64,000 bases of DNA, taken from NCBI GenBank assembly GCA_016182905.1, contig JACPFR010000052.1, positions 6,739 through 70,738 of the forward strand, read 5' to 3'. Positions within the stretch are counted from its first letter, which is position 1, and each line of letters opens with the position of its first letter. This DNA comes from Elusimicrobiota bacterium (lineage in GTDB: Bacteria > Elusimicrobiota > Elusimicrobia > UBA1565 > UBA9628). Shown here one piece after another: positions 17,552 to 26,113 of the stretch. The translations under genes and the position numbers were made by a program. Under the pieces are notes generated by a model. The model made no database searches. It was not told the DNA's origin and saw only the letters and a program-made list of their open reading frames with translations.

Positions 17552-19936
17552 CTACCTCACAAGGGATTTGTCGCTGGAGAGGGACTGGAGGCGCTTGCGG
17601 GCGGTTTCGAAGGTCTGGGAGCCGCGCTCGGCGCGCTTGATCACCTCGGCGTAGAGCGGCGCGGCGGACTGGGGCTTGTCCTCGAGCTCGAGCATCAGCC
17701 CCAAGCGAAGGAGCCCTGACAATCGCGCGGCGTCGTCCTTGGGCGAGAGGGCGCGCAGGCGCTCGTAGGCGTTCTTGGCTTCCTTGATCCTCTTGCGCCG
17801 CTCCTGGAGACGGCCGAGCGCGTACAGGGCTTTCATGCGCTCGTTGGTCCCCGTCGCGCGGGCGTAGGCGTCGGCGGCGCCGGACAGGTCGCCGCGGTCC
17901 TCGCGCAGCTTCGCGATCTGCGCCCAGGCCCAGGACGCCTTCTCGTGCCTCGGGAACTTCGTCGTGAAGCCGACCCAGGCCTTCTCGGTGTCGCGCTCCT
18001 TGCCGGCCTTGGCGAGCGCGAGCGCGCGGTTGTAGGCGGCGTCGGCGGCCTCGGCGCCGGTCCCCCCGACCTTGGCGTAGGCGGCCGCCGCGCCCGCGGC
18101 GTCGCCCTCCTCGTAGAGCATCGCGCCCAGGGCCATCGCGGCGTCCTGCGCGCGCGGGTGCTTGGGGTGCACGGCCATGAACTTGCGGTACGCGCCCGCG
18201 GCGTCCTCGGTGCGGTGGAGCTGGCGCAGGGACTCGGCGCGGTAGTAGCGCGCGTCGCCGATGTTCGCGGCGTGCGGATTATCTTCTATGTGGCGCCGAA
18301 AAAGCTGTTCCGCCGAGTCCCAATCTTCTTTCTTATAGGCCTTCGCCGCGAGATCCCATCTGATCTGGGACGCCAGCTGATGGTTCGGATACCGCGCGAC
18401 GAGGCCGGGCAGATCCGGGTCTTCCTTGTCGTTCTGCCAGGTGGCGACGAGGAGCAGGCCCTCGACCGCCTTCGTCTTCGGCCCGGGCTGCGCGCCCTCG
18501 AGATATCTCTTGTACAGCGGGATCGCCTCGGCCCAGCGCTTCTTGTTGTAGTGGACCTGCGCCATCAGCAGCAGCGCCTCGCGGTCGGCGTCCTGGGCCT
18601 CGGAGGCGCGGCCCATCTTCTGGTAATGGCCGAGCGCCTTCTTGGACCGCCCGAGGTCCGTGTAGAGCTGGCCGAGCTGAAGGTGCGCGTCGGCGGCGTA
18701 GGCCGAGCCGGGGTGGCGCGAGGCGAGGTCCTCGAACACCTCGGCGGCCTCCTCCGGGCGCTCGAGCTTCTTGAGGCACAGGCCGCGCTGGTACAGCGCC
18801 TGCGCGCGCAGCGGGCTGTCGGGGAAGCTCCCGGTGAAATTCTGATAAGCCCGCTCGGCTTCGCCGAGCTTCTTGGACCTCAGCAGCAGGTTCGCCTCCG
18901 ACAGGGCCGTCGACTCGCGCAGCTCGACGAGGCCCCACTTCGCGGCCTCGTCGCCGGCGCGCTTGAGCGCGTCTCGCGCGCGGTCGGTCCGGCCCTTGCG
19001 GTCCCAGTCCGCGGCGATCGCGGCGAGCGCGTACGCCTTCACCGGCGAGTCCTGCCCCGAGGCGGACACCGCGCGGTAATGCTCGGCGGCGTCTTCCTTG
19101 CGCCCCATGCGGTCCTCGGCGGCGGCGCGCCAGACCTGGGCGAGCGCGAGCCAGCGGTCGGAGACGGCGGCCGCGTCGGCCTCCGGGATCATCTTGAGCG
19201 TCGCCTCGTCGAGCCCGAGCGAGGCCAGCGCCGCGCCGATGAGATGCAGGGCCTTGTACTTCAGGGCGGGGTTCGAGCCCGCGCCCAGCGGCTTCAGGAA
19301 GCGCACGGCCCTCGCGGCCTCGCCGCGGCGCAGGTGCAGGGCGCCCGCGGCGAGGTCGACCTCGGGGTTCTCGGGGCGCGACGGGTAGCGGCGGTGGAAG
19401 TCGTAGGCCTCGGCGAGGGCTGCCTCGGCGCGGCCCTCGTCGATCGCGGCGCGCAATCTCCCCAGCGCCTCCTCGGCGGAGGAGGAGGCCATGGCCGGGA
19501 CGTAGGGCTCGTCGGCCTCCGCCGGGGCCGAGGCGTTATTGTCGGGGAGCGCGGTCAGCAGGTTGCGGCCCTTCTGCGCCCACTCCGTGTCGGGATAGCG
19601 CTGGATGAGGATCTCGAGGTTGCGCCGCGCCTCGCCGTACTCGCCCTTGGACAGCGAGATCTCGGCGCTGCGGTAATGGCTTTGCGCGGCGATCTCCCCT
19701 TTCGGGCCGCGGACCTTGGTGCCGAGGTCGAGGGACTTCTGGAAGGTCTTCTGAGCCCCGCGCACGTCGCCGCCCTGGAGCTGGAGCTCGCCCATGACGG
19801 CCTGGGCCTCCATGTTCATCGAGTTCCAGCCGTCGCGCGAGGGCGCGTCGTCGGTCGGCTTATATTTAGGAGAAGCGGCCCGCGCCGCCGAGGCGGCCAG
19901 GCAAAAGGCGAAGACGACGCTCGCGGAGCGCCTCAT
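17552..19936 (-). CDS. large secreted TPR-repeat protein
   Basis: Signal peptide MRRSASVVFAFCLAASAARA from the ATG at 19936 (the ORF extends to 19972). Many 34-aa A..Y..A......A...F-type repeats follow. Confidence 0.78.
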   Translation of the reverse strand: MRRSASVVFAFCLAASAARAASPKYKPTDDAPSRDGWNSMNMEAQAVMGELQLQGGDVRGAQKTFQKSLDLGTKVRGPKGEIAAQSHYRSAEISLSKGEYGEARRNLEILIQRYPDTEWAQKGRNLLTALPDNNASAPAEADEPYVPAMASSSAEEALGRLRAAIDEGRAEAALAEAYDFHRRYPSRPENPEVDLAAGALHLRRGEAARAVRFLKPLGAGSNPALKYKALHLIGAALASLGLDEATLKMIPEADAAAVSDRWLALAQVWRAAAEDRMGRKEDAAEHYRAVSASGQDSPVKAYALAAIAADWDRKGRTDRARDALKRAGDEAAKWGLVELRESTALSEANLLLRSKKLGEAERAYQNFTGSFPDSPLRAQALYQRGLCLKKLERPEEAAEVFEDLASRHPGSAYAADAHLQLGQLYTDLGRSKKALGHYQKMGRASEAQDADREALLLMAQVHYNKKRWAEAIPLYKRYLEGAQPGPKTKAVEGLLLVATWQNDKEDPDLPGLVARYPNHQLASQIRWDLAAKAYKKEDWDSAEQLFRRHIEDNPHAANIGDARYYRAESLRQLHRTEDAAGAYRKFMAVHPKHPRAQDAAMALGAMLYEEGDAAGAAAAYAKVGGTGAEAADAAYNRALALAKAGKERDTEKAWVGFTTKFPRHEKASWAWAQIAKLREDRGDLSGAADAYARATGTNERMKALYALGRLQERRKRIKEAKNAYERLRALSPKDDAARLSGLLRLGLMLELEDKPQSAAPLYAEVIKRAERGSQTFETARKRLQSLSSDKSLVR

Positions 19937-20026
19937 GAGGTGAAGTGTAGGGGCCCCCCCTGTAAAAGTCAATCGCCCGCCTGTTGCGAGGCGGGCGATG
20001 GCGCCGGGAGCCGGGACGTTCGCTCG

Positions 20027-20578
20027 TTAGAAGTAGCGATTAAAAGGCAGCTCGAGCTCGCGCTGGGACGGCTTGCGTCCGTCGAACAGCTGGCCGGGCT
20101 TGATCTCGTTGAGGAGCTGGTTGACCGCCCCGGCGGGCGACAGGGGCTGCGGGCCGGGGTCGTTGGGCACCAAGGCGGCCGCGGGCTCGTCGCCCTTGTC
20201 ATCGAGCAGGCTCCAGTTCAGGATGAAGGGCTCTTCGACGGCGCTGGGCGCGGGACGCCGCGCGGAGGCCAAAGCGGCGGGCGTCGGCAGGGGCAGGGGC
20301 GAGGGCACGCCGGGCAGGCGCGCGGGCCCGATCGCGGGCGCGGGGTACACGGGCAAGGAGGCCGGCGTGATGACGGTCACAATCACGGGGATCGCCTCGG
20401 GCTTGATGGTCGGGAGCGCGATGACCGCGTCGACCGAGGGCAGGATCATGGGGACGACCGGGCGGCTGGGGAGGACCACCGGGGCGATGTTGCCGAGCGT
20501 GGTGGGCAGCTTGTAGACGACCTGAGCGTGGGCCGAAGCCGCGAGTCCGAGGACGAGAGCGAGGGTTTTGAAGTGCAT
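20027..20578 (-). CDS. secreted Pro-rich hypothetical protein
   Basis: Signal peptide MHFKTLALVLGLAASAHA followed by a P/V/I-rich region. 183 aa. Confidence 0.5.
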   Translation of the reverse strand: MHFKTLALVLGLAASAHAQVVYKLPTTLGNIAPVVLPSRPVVPMILPSVDAVIALPTIKPEAIPVIVTVITPASLPVYPAPAIGPARLPGVPSPLPLPTPAALASARRPAPSAVEEPFILNWSLLDDKGDEPAAALVPNDPGPQPLSPAGAVNQLLNEIKPGQLFDGRKPSQRELELPFNRYF

Positions 20579-20700
20579 GGCGACATGGTAGCCCGGACCG
20601 GCGGCCCCCGACGAGGAGGGAGGTCAACGCCGCGCATTGACTTGAATCATGGGCCCTTCGGGTAAGCGAAAACAGAAAAAAACGGAATGCCTGTCACCGA

Positions 20701-22122
20701 TCAGGAGGTGAAGCGGAAGGTGACGCGGCCCCAGACCTCGGCGGCGCCGGACTTGGCGGCGACGGGCTGGAAGCGCCAGCGGGCGAGGGCCTTGAGGGCG
20801 CGCGTGTCGATGTCGGGGAAGCCCGAGGTCTTCGAGATCACGGCGCCGGGCTTCACCGAGCCGTCGGGCAGGACCTGGAAGCGGACGGTGACGGTCAGGT
20901 CGAGGTTGCGGGTCGCGACCCAGTCCGGGCTCGTGGGCGCCACGCGCGCGAGGATGCGGCGGTCGCCGACCGGGCCGTCGACCGAGAAGGACACGCCTCC
21001 GCCCTCGGGGCCGACGCCGCCGCCGCGCGCCTTGGAGTCGAGGAGGTCGGCGCCGCCGCTGCCGGCTTTGTCTCCGGGGTCGGTGGACTCGGCCAGGGCC
21101 GCGGCCGCGCCGGCCTTGCGCGCGCCGGCGAGCTCGGCCTCGCCCCCGCCTTTTCCCCCGCCCTCGCCGGAGTCGGACTCGCCGAAGGCGCCGCCGTCCC
21201 CGCCCTTGCCCGCGACGGGGCCTCCCGCGGCGGGGCGGCCCTTGCGGGCCGAGCCGCGGCCACTATTAACGTTGGAGGCGTCAGCCGACAACGCTTCGTC
21301 GGGGTCGGCCATCGTCGCGAGCGCCGATGAGAGCTCGGCGCGCTTGGCGGCCTTGGCCGCCTTGGCCTCGGCGGCGAGCCGCCTCCGCTCGGCGAGCGCG
21401 GCGGCGCGCGCCTCGGCGGCCTGCCTCGCGGCCTCCGCGCGGCGCTCGGCCTCGGCGCGGGCGATCGCGGCGCGGCGCTCGCGCTCGGCGGCCTGCTGGG
21501 CCGCGAAGCGGTCTCGCTCCGCCTTGGCCTCCGCCGCCCTCTCGGCGGCGATGCGCCTCTTCTCGGCCGCGAGCTCGATGGCGGCGGCCTTCGCGGCGGC
21601 CGCCTTCTCCGCCTCCACGGCGCGGGCGGCGCGGTCGCGCTCGGCGCGCAGGCGCTTCGATTCGGCCTGCGCCTCGCGCGCGAACCTCACGGCCTGCGCG
21701 TCCGCCTTGGGCCCGGCCAGCGGGCGGGGTTTGGGCGCGGCCTTCGCTTTGTGCACGGTCGTGCCGGGCTTGTTCACCTTGGACTTGACCGCGGCCGGCT
21801 TCTTCACCGGCTTGGGCTTGGGCGGCGGGTCGACCGCGCCGCGCTGGACCTTCTCGCGCTCGAACTCGCCCGGTCCGTGCTTCGGCGGCAGGTTGGAGCC
21901 GTCGCCGCCCGGGCTCAGCTCGGGGGCCATCACCGGCTGGACGATGGGCGGCAGCGGTATGTCGGCGACGAATTCGATGGGGACGGCCTTTTCCGGCGCC
22001 TTGAGCCCGCCCCACTCGATGACGGGGTTGAAGGTCAGCAAGGCGCCGTGCGCGATGACGGCCGCGAGGTAGAACGGCGCCTCGTGGAACCAGTCGGGCT
22101 CGATGTGCTCACGCCATGACAT
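20701..22122 (-). CDS. TonB/TolA-family energy transducer
   Basis: N-terminal anchor (FYLAAVIAHGALL). A KPKP segment is followed by ~110 aa of Ala/Glu/Arg/Lys helical repeats (AERAAEAKAERDR...) and a Gly-rich linker. The C-terminus is TonB-like (V.V.F.V..DGSV....I.K.SG....D..A..A...W.F.P). ATG at 22122 was chosen inside the 843-aa ORF. Confidence 0.82.
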   Translation of the reverse strand: MSWREHIEPDWFHEAPFYLAAVIAHGALLTFNPVIEWGGLKAPEKAVPIEFVADIPLPPIVQPVMAPELSPGGDGSNLPPKHGPGEFEREKVQRGAVDPPPKPKPVKKPAAVKSKVNKPGTTVHKAKAAPKPRPLAGPKADAQAVRFAREAQAESKRLRAERDRAARAVEAEKAAAAKAAAIELAAEKRRIAAERAAEAKAERDRFAAQQAAERERRAAIARAEAERRAEAARQAAEARAAALAERRRLAAEAKAAKAAKRAELSSALATMADPDEALSADASNVNSGRGSARKGRPAAGGPVAGKGGDGGAFGESDSGEGGGKGGGEAELAGARKAGAAAALAESTDPGDKAGSGGADLLDSKARGGGVGPEGGGVSFSVDGPVGDRRILARVAPTSPDWVATRNLDLTVTVRFQVLPDGSVKPGAVISKTSGFPDIDTRALKALARWRFQPVAAKSGAAEVWGRVTFRFTS

Positions 22123-22242
22123 TCTCTCGAAGGATAGCCTGCCGCGCCTTGGGGCGCAAGGCTTCGGCTGTTTCCGGAAACAGTCGAAGACGACTCGCGC
22201 CGGCGCGAGTTCCTTCCGGGCTGAATCCGATATAATCGCGTC

Positions 22243-23346
22243 GTGGACCAAACGCGGAAGTGGCTGCACTCCCCCGCCTTCGACCTCGGCTGGTTCGCGG
22301 GGCCGCCGCTGCTGGCCGCGCTCGCCGTGCTGCTGATCCCCGCGCTGCGCGCGGCCGAGACCCCGGCCTGGGGCTGGCTCGTCTTCGTCGTCTTCATCGA
22401 CGTGGGACACGTGTACGCGACCTTGTACCGCACCTACCTCGATCCGGTCGAGTTCCCCCGCCGGCGCGCGCTGTACGTGCTCCTGCCGCTGGCCTGCTGG
22501 CTCGGCGGGGCTCTTCTGTACCGGCTGTCGGCGTTGGCCTTCTGGCGCGCGCTCGCTTACCTGGCCGTCTACCACTTCGTGCGGCAGCAGTACGGCTTCA
22601 TGCGCGCGTACTCGCGCCTCGAGGGACGCAAGGAGCCCTGGGAGGCGCGGCTGGAGGCCGCGGCGATCTACGCGACCATGCTCTATCCGCTCGTGTATTG
22701 GCACGCCGACCCCGCGCGGAAGTTCTGGTGGTTCGTGCAGGGCGACTTCGTGAGCCTGAACCGGCTCGCGGGCCCGTGGGCGGGCGGGCTGTACGCCGCG
22801 GTGCTCGGCGCCTTCTTCGGCCGCCAGCTCGCGCGGCGCAAGGTCGGCCTCGAGGTCCATCCCGGAAAGGTCGCCGTGATCGCGTCCACCGCCGTCGCCT
22901 GGTACGTCGGCATCGTCGCGACGAACTCCGACTTCGGCTTCACGATCACGAACGTCGTCTCCCACGGCGTTCCTTATTACGCCTTGGTCTGGCTGTACGG
23001 GAACCGGTCGTGGAAGGACGGGAGCTGGCGCGAGACCTGGCACAAGCCGGCGTATCTTTTCCTCTTCGTCGGACTGCTCCTGGCCGTCGGCTACGCCGAG
23101 GAGGGCGTGTGGGACGTCCTCGTGTGGAAGGAGCACGCGGAGGTCTACTTCGGCGCGGCGGCGGACTGGGCGCCGTCCGGCGCGCTCGCGGCGCTGCTCA
23201 TCCCCCTGCTCGCGCTGCCCCAGGCGACGCACTACCTCCTCGACGCCTGGCTGTGGCGCTTCGACGGCTCGAATCCGGGCCTGCGCGAGAAGATTCTCGG
23301 CTTGACCGAGGGAGTCCCAAGCGCGATAATCCCTGTAACCCGATGA
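22243..23346 (+). CDS. polytopic membrane protein of unknown function (first gene of the DUF4178/DUF350/SpeE-like operon)
   Basis: About 8-9 hydrophobic spans with conserved-looking polar motifs (DVGHVYATLYRTY, YHFVRQQYGF). Its stop overlaps the next start (ATGA). Confidence 0.65.
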   Translation: MDQTRKWLHSPAFDLGWFAGPPLLAALAVLLIPALRAAETPAWGWLVFVVFIDVGHVYATLYRTYLDPVEFPRRRALYVLLPLACWLGGALLYRLSALAFWRALAYLAVYHFVRQQYGFMRAYSRLEGRKEPWEARLEAAAIYATMLYPLVYWHADPARKFWWFVQGDFVSLNRLAGPWAGGLYAAVLGAFFGRQLARRKVGLEVHPGKVAVIASTAVAWYVGIVATNSDFGFTITNVVSHGVPYYALVWLYGNRSWKDGSWRETWHKPAYLFLFVGLLLAVGYAEEGVWDVLVWKEHAEVYFGAAADWAPSGALAALLIPLLALPQATHYLLDAWLWRFDGSNPGLREKILGLTEGVPSAIIPVTR

Positions 23347-23969
23347 TCGAGCGCAAGTGCCCCGCCTGCGGCGCGATGGTCCCCTTCCGCGCCTCGATCA
23401 GCCTCCTGGCGGTGTGCCCGTTCTGCCGCAGCCTCGTCCAGCGCAAGGACCTCGACCTCGAGAAGCTCGGCGAATCCGCCCAGCTGCAGCCCGACGGCTC
23501 CCCGGTCCTGGTCGGCTCCCGCGGGAGCTACCGCGGCGCCGCGTTCGAGGTCGTCGGCCGGATGCAGCTCCAGACGCCCCGCGGCTTCTGGAACGAGTGG
23601 TGCCTGATGTTCGCCGACGGCCGCCAGGGCTGGCTCGGGGAGGCGCAGGGCACCTACGCGGTGAGCTTCGAAGCCGAAGCCGCCGTCCCCGCGCTCGCGG
23701 ACCTCGCGGTGGACGCGCGGGTCGAGATCCAAGGAAAGGCCTACCAGGTCCGCGAGATCGTCGAGGCCAAGTACCTCGCCGCCCAGGGCGAGCTGCCCTT
23801 CAAGCCGCCGCTGGGTGAGACCGCCCCCTCCGCCGATCTGATCGGCGAGGACGGCGCGTTCGGCACGCTCGACTACTCGGAATCGCCGGCCGTCGCGTTC
23901 GCCGGGGAATACCAGAGCTTCGAGGCCCTCTCCTTCACCGGGCTCAAGCAGATCGAGGGCTGGTCATGA
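23343..23969 (+). CDS. zinc-ribbon + DUF4178-like protein
   Basis: N-terminal CPACG...CPFC, then G..F.V.GR.Q.......WNEW...F.DG..GWL, which I associate with DUF4178. Confidence 0.7.
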   Translation: MIERKCPACGAMVPFRASISLLAVCPFCRSLVQRKDLDLEKLGESAQLQPDGSPVLVGSRGSYRGAAFEVVGRMQLQTPRGFWNEWCLMFADGRQGWLGEAQGTYAVSFEAEAAVPALADLAVDARVEIQGKAYQVREIVEAKYLAAQGELPFKPPLGETAPSADLIGEDGAFGTLDYSESPAVAFAGEYQSFEALSFTGLKQIEGWS

Positions 23970-24349
23970 GCGCGCGCTTCGACTGCCCCGCCTGCGGCGG
24001 TCCGCTGACCTTGCGCGCCGAGGGAGTCAGCGAGAGCCTCGCCTGCCCGCACTGCGCGGCCGTGCTCGACGCGAAGGATCCCCGCCATCAGGTGCTCGCG
24101 AAGTACCGCTCCAAGCTCGGGGTCACGCCGAAGATCCCCCTCGGCACGCGCGGCACTCTGCGCGGCGACCAGCTCGAGGTCATCGGCTTCCAGCGTCGGG
24201 CCGTGCGCTATTCGGGCGTGATCTACTCCTGGGACGAGTACCTGCTCTGGAACCCGTACAAGGGCTTCCGCTGGATGACGGAGTCGAACGGGCACTGGCT
24301 CCTGCTGAAGACCGTCGAGACCAAGCCGAAGGAAAGCCCCGGTGGCTGA
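23966..24349 (+). CDS. zinc-ribbon + DUF4178-like protein (short paralogue)
   Basis: CPACGG...CPHC, then G.LRGD.LEVIGF..R........W.EYLL.N...GF.W. Start/stop overlaps on both sides. Confidence 0.68.
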   Translation: MSARFDCPACGGPLTLRAEGVSESLACPHCAAVLDAKDPRHQVLAKYRSKLGVTPKIPLGTRGTLRGDQLEVIGFQRRAVRYSGVIYSWDEYLLWNPYKGFRWMTESNGHWLLLKTVETKPKESPGG

Positions 24350-25712
24350 GGACATGAAGTGCCCGAAGTGCCAGGCTCCGCTCGAGGCGGTCGAGATCGC
24401 CTCCGGCGTCGTCGCGCGCGCCTGCACGGGCTGCTCGGGCGTGCTGTACGAGGCGGACGACATCGCCGTGCCGCTGAGGCTGATCGGCCCGCGGCCCGCG
24501 CGCTTCGATTGCCCGCGCTGCCGGCGGCCGATGGAGACCGCCGACGCCTACGACGGCCAGATCGAGGTGGACCGCTGCCTCGCGTGCGCCGCGCTCTGGT
24601 TCGACGCCGGCGAGATCATGATCCTGCGCAAGCTGTCGGGCGTCGAGAACATCGCGGGCAAGAAGGGCGCCGAGCCTCCGCGGCCCGCGGCCGGGCCTGC
24701 CGCCGCCGCCGCGCCGGCGGCCGTTCCGGTCCCGCCGCTGCCCGAGGTCAAGGTCAAGGAAGGGAAGGTCCCGGTGCCGCCGGAGATGGAGGGCGCGCAG
24801 AACCGCGACGCCGAGCGCTCCCCCACCGTCGAGCTCGACGGCCGCCTGTACCGGCACTTCCAGTCCAGCATCCCGGTGACCACCGCCGTGCTCGGCGAGT
24901 TCCCGTGGGTCGCCAAGGTGGGCGACGCCGCGCGCTCTCGCGACTTCATCGCCCCGCCCTACCTCCTGTCCCAGGAGGTCACCGCGACGGAGTCGGTGTG
25001 GACCGCCGGCGAGTACGTCGAGCCCGAGGAGGTGTGGGCCGCGTTCTCCATGCCGGGCGCTCCGCCGGCAAAGATCGGCGTCGCCCCCGCCCAGCCGAAC
25101 CCGTGGGCCGGGGAGATGCCCTCGGTCTGGCGGATCTTCGGCCTCGCCGCGGCGCTGTGCGTCGGCGTCTTCGTCCTCGTCGAGGCGACCGCGTCCAAGG
25201 TCAAGGTGTACGAGGGCGGCTTCGACTTCTCGGCCGCCGACGCCGAGCGGTCGCGCGTCGGCGAGGTGTTCGAGGCGGCGGGCCGTACCTCTAACCTCGA
25301 GATCACGGTGGACACGAACCTCGATCAGCATTGGTCGTACGTGAGCATGGCGCTGATCGACGCCGACACCGACCAGGCCCTCGACTTCGGACGCGAGCTC
25401 TCTTATTACCACGGCTCCGACGACGGCGAGTCCTGGAGCGAGGGCGGCCCCCGCGAGACCTTCTACGTGCCGCGCGTCCCGCCGGGACGCTACTACCTGC
25501 GCGTCGAGCCGGAGACGGACGCGCCGCAGTTGAGCCTGCGGGTCTCCGTGAGGCGCGACGTGCCCCTCAAGCGCCTGCCGCTGATCGCGCTGGCGCTGCT
25601 CGTCCTGCCCGCGGTGTGGGCGGGCATGCGCCACGACTCGTTCGAGAACACGCGCTGGATGGAAAGCGACCACCCGCGCACGTCCTCGGACGACGAGGAG
25701 GACGACGAATGA
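24342..25712 (+). CDS. double zinc-ribbon + DUF4178-like + two-TM membrane protein
   Basis: Two CxxC...CxxC modules of the zf-TFIIB-like type (CPKC..C.GC.GVLYE; CPRC...VDRCLACAALWFDAGE). A P/A linker, a DUF4178-like block and two TM spans follow, with an acidic tail (SSDDEEDDE). Confidence 0.7.
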   Translation: MAEDMKCPKCQAPLEAVEIASGVVARACTGCSGVLYEADDIAVPLRLIGPRPARFDCPRCRRPMETADAYDGQIEVDRCLACAALWFDAGEIMILRKLSGVENIAGKKGAEPPRPAAGPAAAAAPAAVPVPPLPEVKVKEGKVPVPPEMEGAQNRDAERSPTVELDGRLYRHFQSSIPVTTAVLGEFPWVAKVGDAARSRDFIAPPYLLSQEVTATESVWTAGEYVEPEEVWAAFSMPGAPPAKIGVAPAQPNPWAGEMPSVWRIFGLAAALCVGVFVLVEATASKVKVYEGGFDFSAADAERSRVGEVFEAAGRTSNLEITVDTNLDQHWSYVSMALIDADTDQALDFGRELSYYHGSDDGESWSEGGPRETFYVPRVPPGRYYLRVEPETDAPQLSLRVSVRRDVPLKRLPLIALALLVLPAVWAGMRHDSFENTRWMESDHPRTSSDDEEDDE

Positions 25713-25891
25713 GCCGCTGGTACCGCTGGTACGCGCTCGCCGTCGCCGCCGCCTGCTCCTGGGCGCTCTGGACCGGGTGGTGGATGACGCCCGTCGAGCG
25801 GCTGACGGGCGTGCCGAAATCCGTCCGCGACAACCCCGGCTCCTACCGGGCCCATTATTCCGGCTATCGTCGATACTTCGGAGGCAAGTGA
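25709..25891 (+). CDS. 60-aa Trp/Tyr/Arg-rich single-TM micro-protein
   Basis: MSRWYRWYALAVAAACSWALWTGWW... Its ATG overlaps the upstream stop, and its TGA overlaps the next ATG (TGATG). Support comes from translational coupling only. Confidence 0.45.
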   Translation: MSRWYRWYALAVAAACSWALWTGWWMTPVERLTGVPKSVRDNPGSYRAHYSGYRRYFGGK

Positions 25892-26109
25892 TGAAGAGCA
25901 TACTGGACGTGCAGCACCTCGCCGGCGCGGTGATCTACTCGGGTCTCGGCGCGGCGGTCTTCTTCGGCTGGTTCGTGATCTTCGACAAGCTCACGCCGTA
26001 CGACCTGTGGCAGGAGATCGTGGTCAAGCAGAACCGGGCGCTGGCGACCGTCATGGCCGGGCTCTCGATCGCGATGGGCCTGATCATCGCGGCCTCCATG
26101 ATCGGCTGA
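25891..26109 (+). CDS. DUF350-family small membrane protein
   Basis: 72 aa with two TM spans and the block FD..T.YD...EI...N.A.A....G..IA..LI, as I recall for DUF350/YjfL-like proteins. Confidence 0.72.
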   Translation: MKSILDVQHLAGAVIYSGLGAAVFFGWFVIFDKLTPYDLWQEIVVKQNRALATVMAGLSIAMGLIIAASMIG

Positions 26110-26113
26110 CGCC

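Noticed and set aside
20895-22015. ORFs within the TonB/TolA-like gene in other frames (for example 21281-22015 (-) and 20687-22072 (+)).
   Set aside because: They are Arg/Ala-rich artefacts of the GC-rich, repeat-containing spacer region of the transducer gene.
22123-23232. Upstream extension of the TonB/TolA-like ORF (843 aa if started at 23232).
   Set aside because: The extension is antisense to the well-supported membrane-protein gene at 22243-23346 and is low-complexity. A good ATG at 22122 is followed directly by the expected N-terminal membrane anchor.
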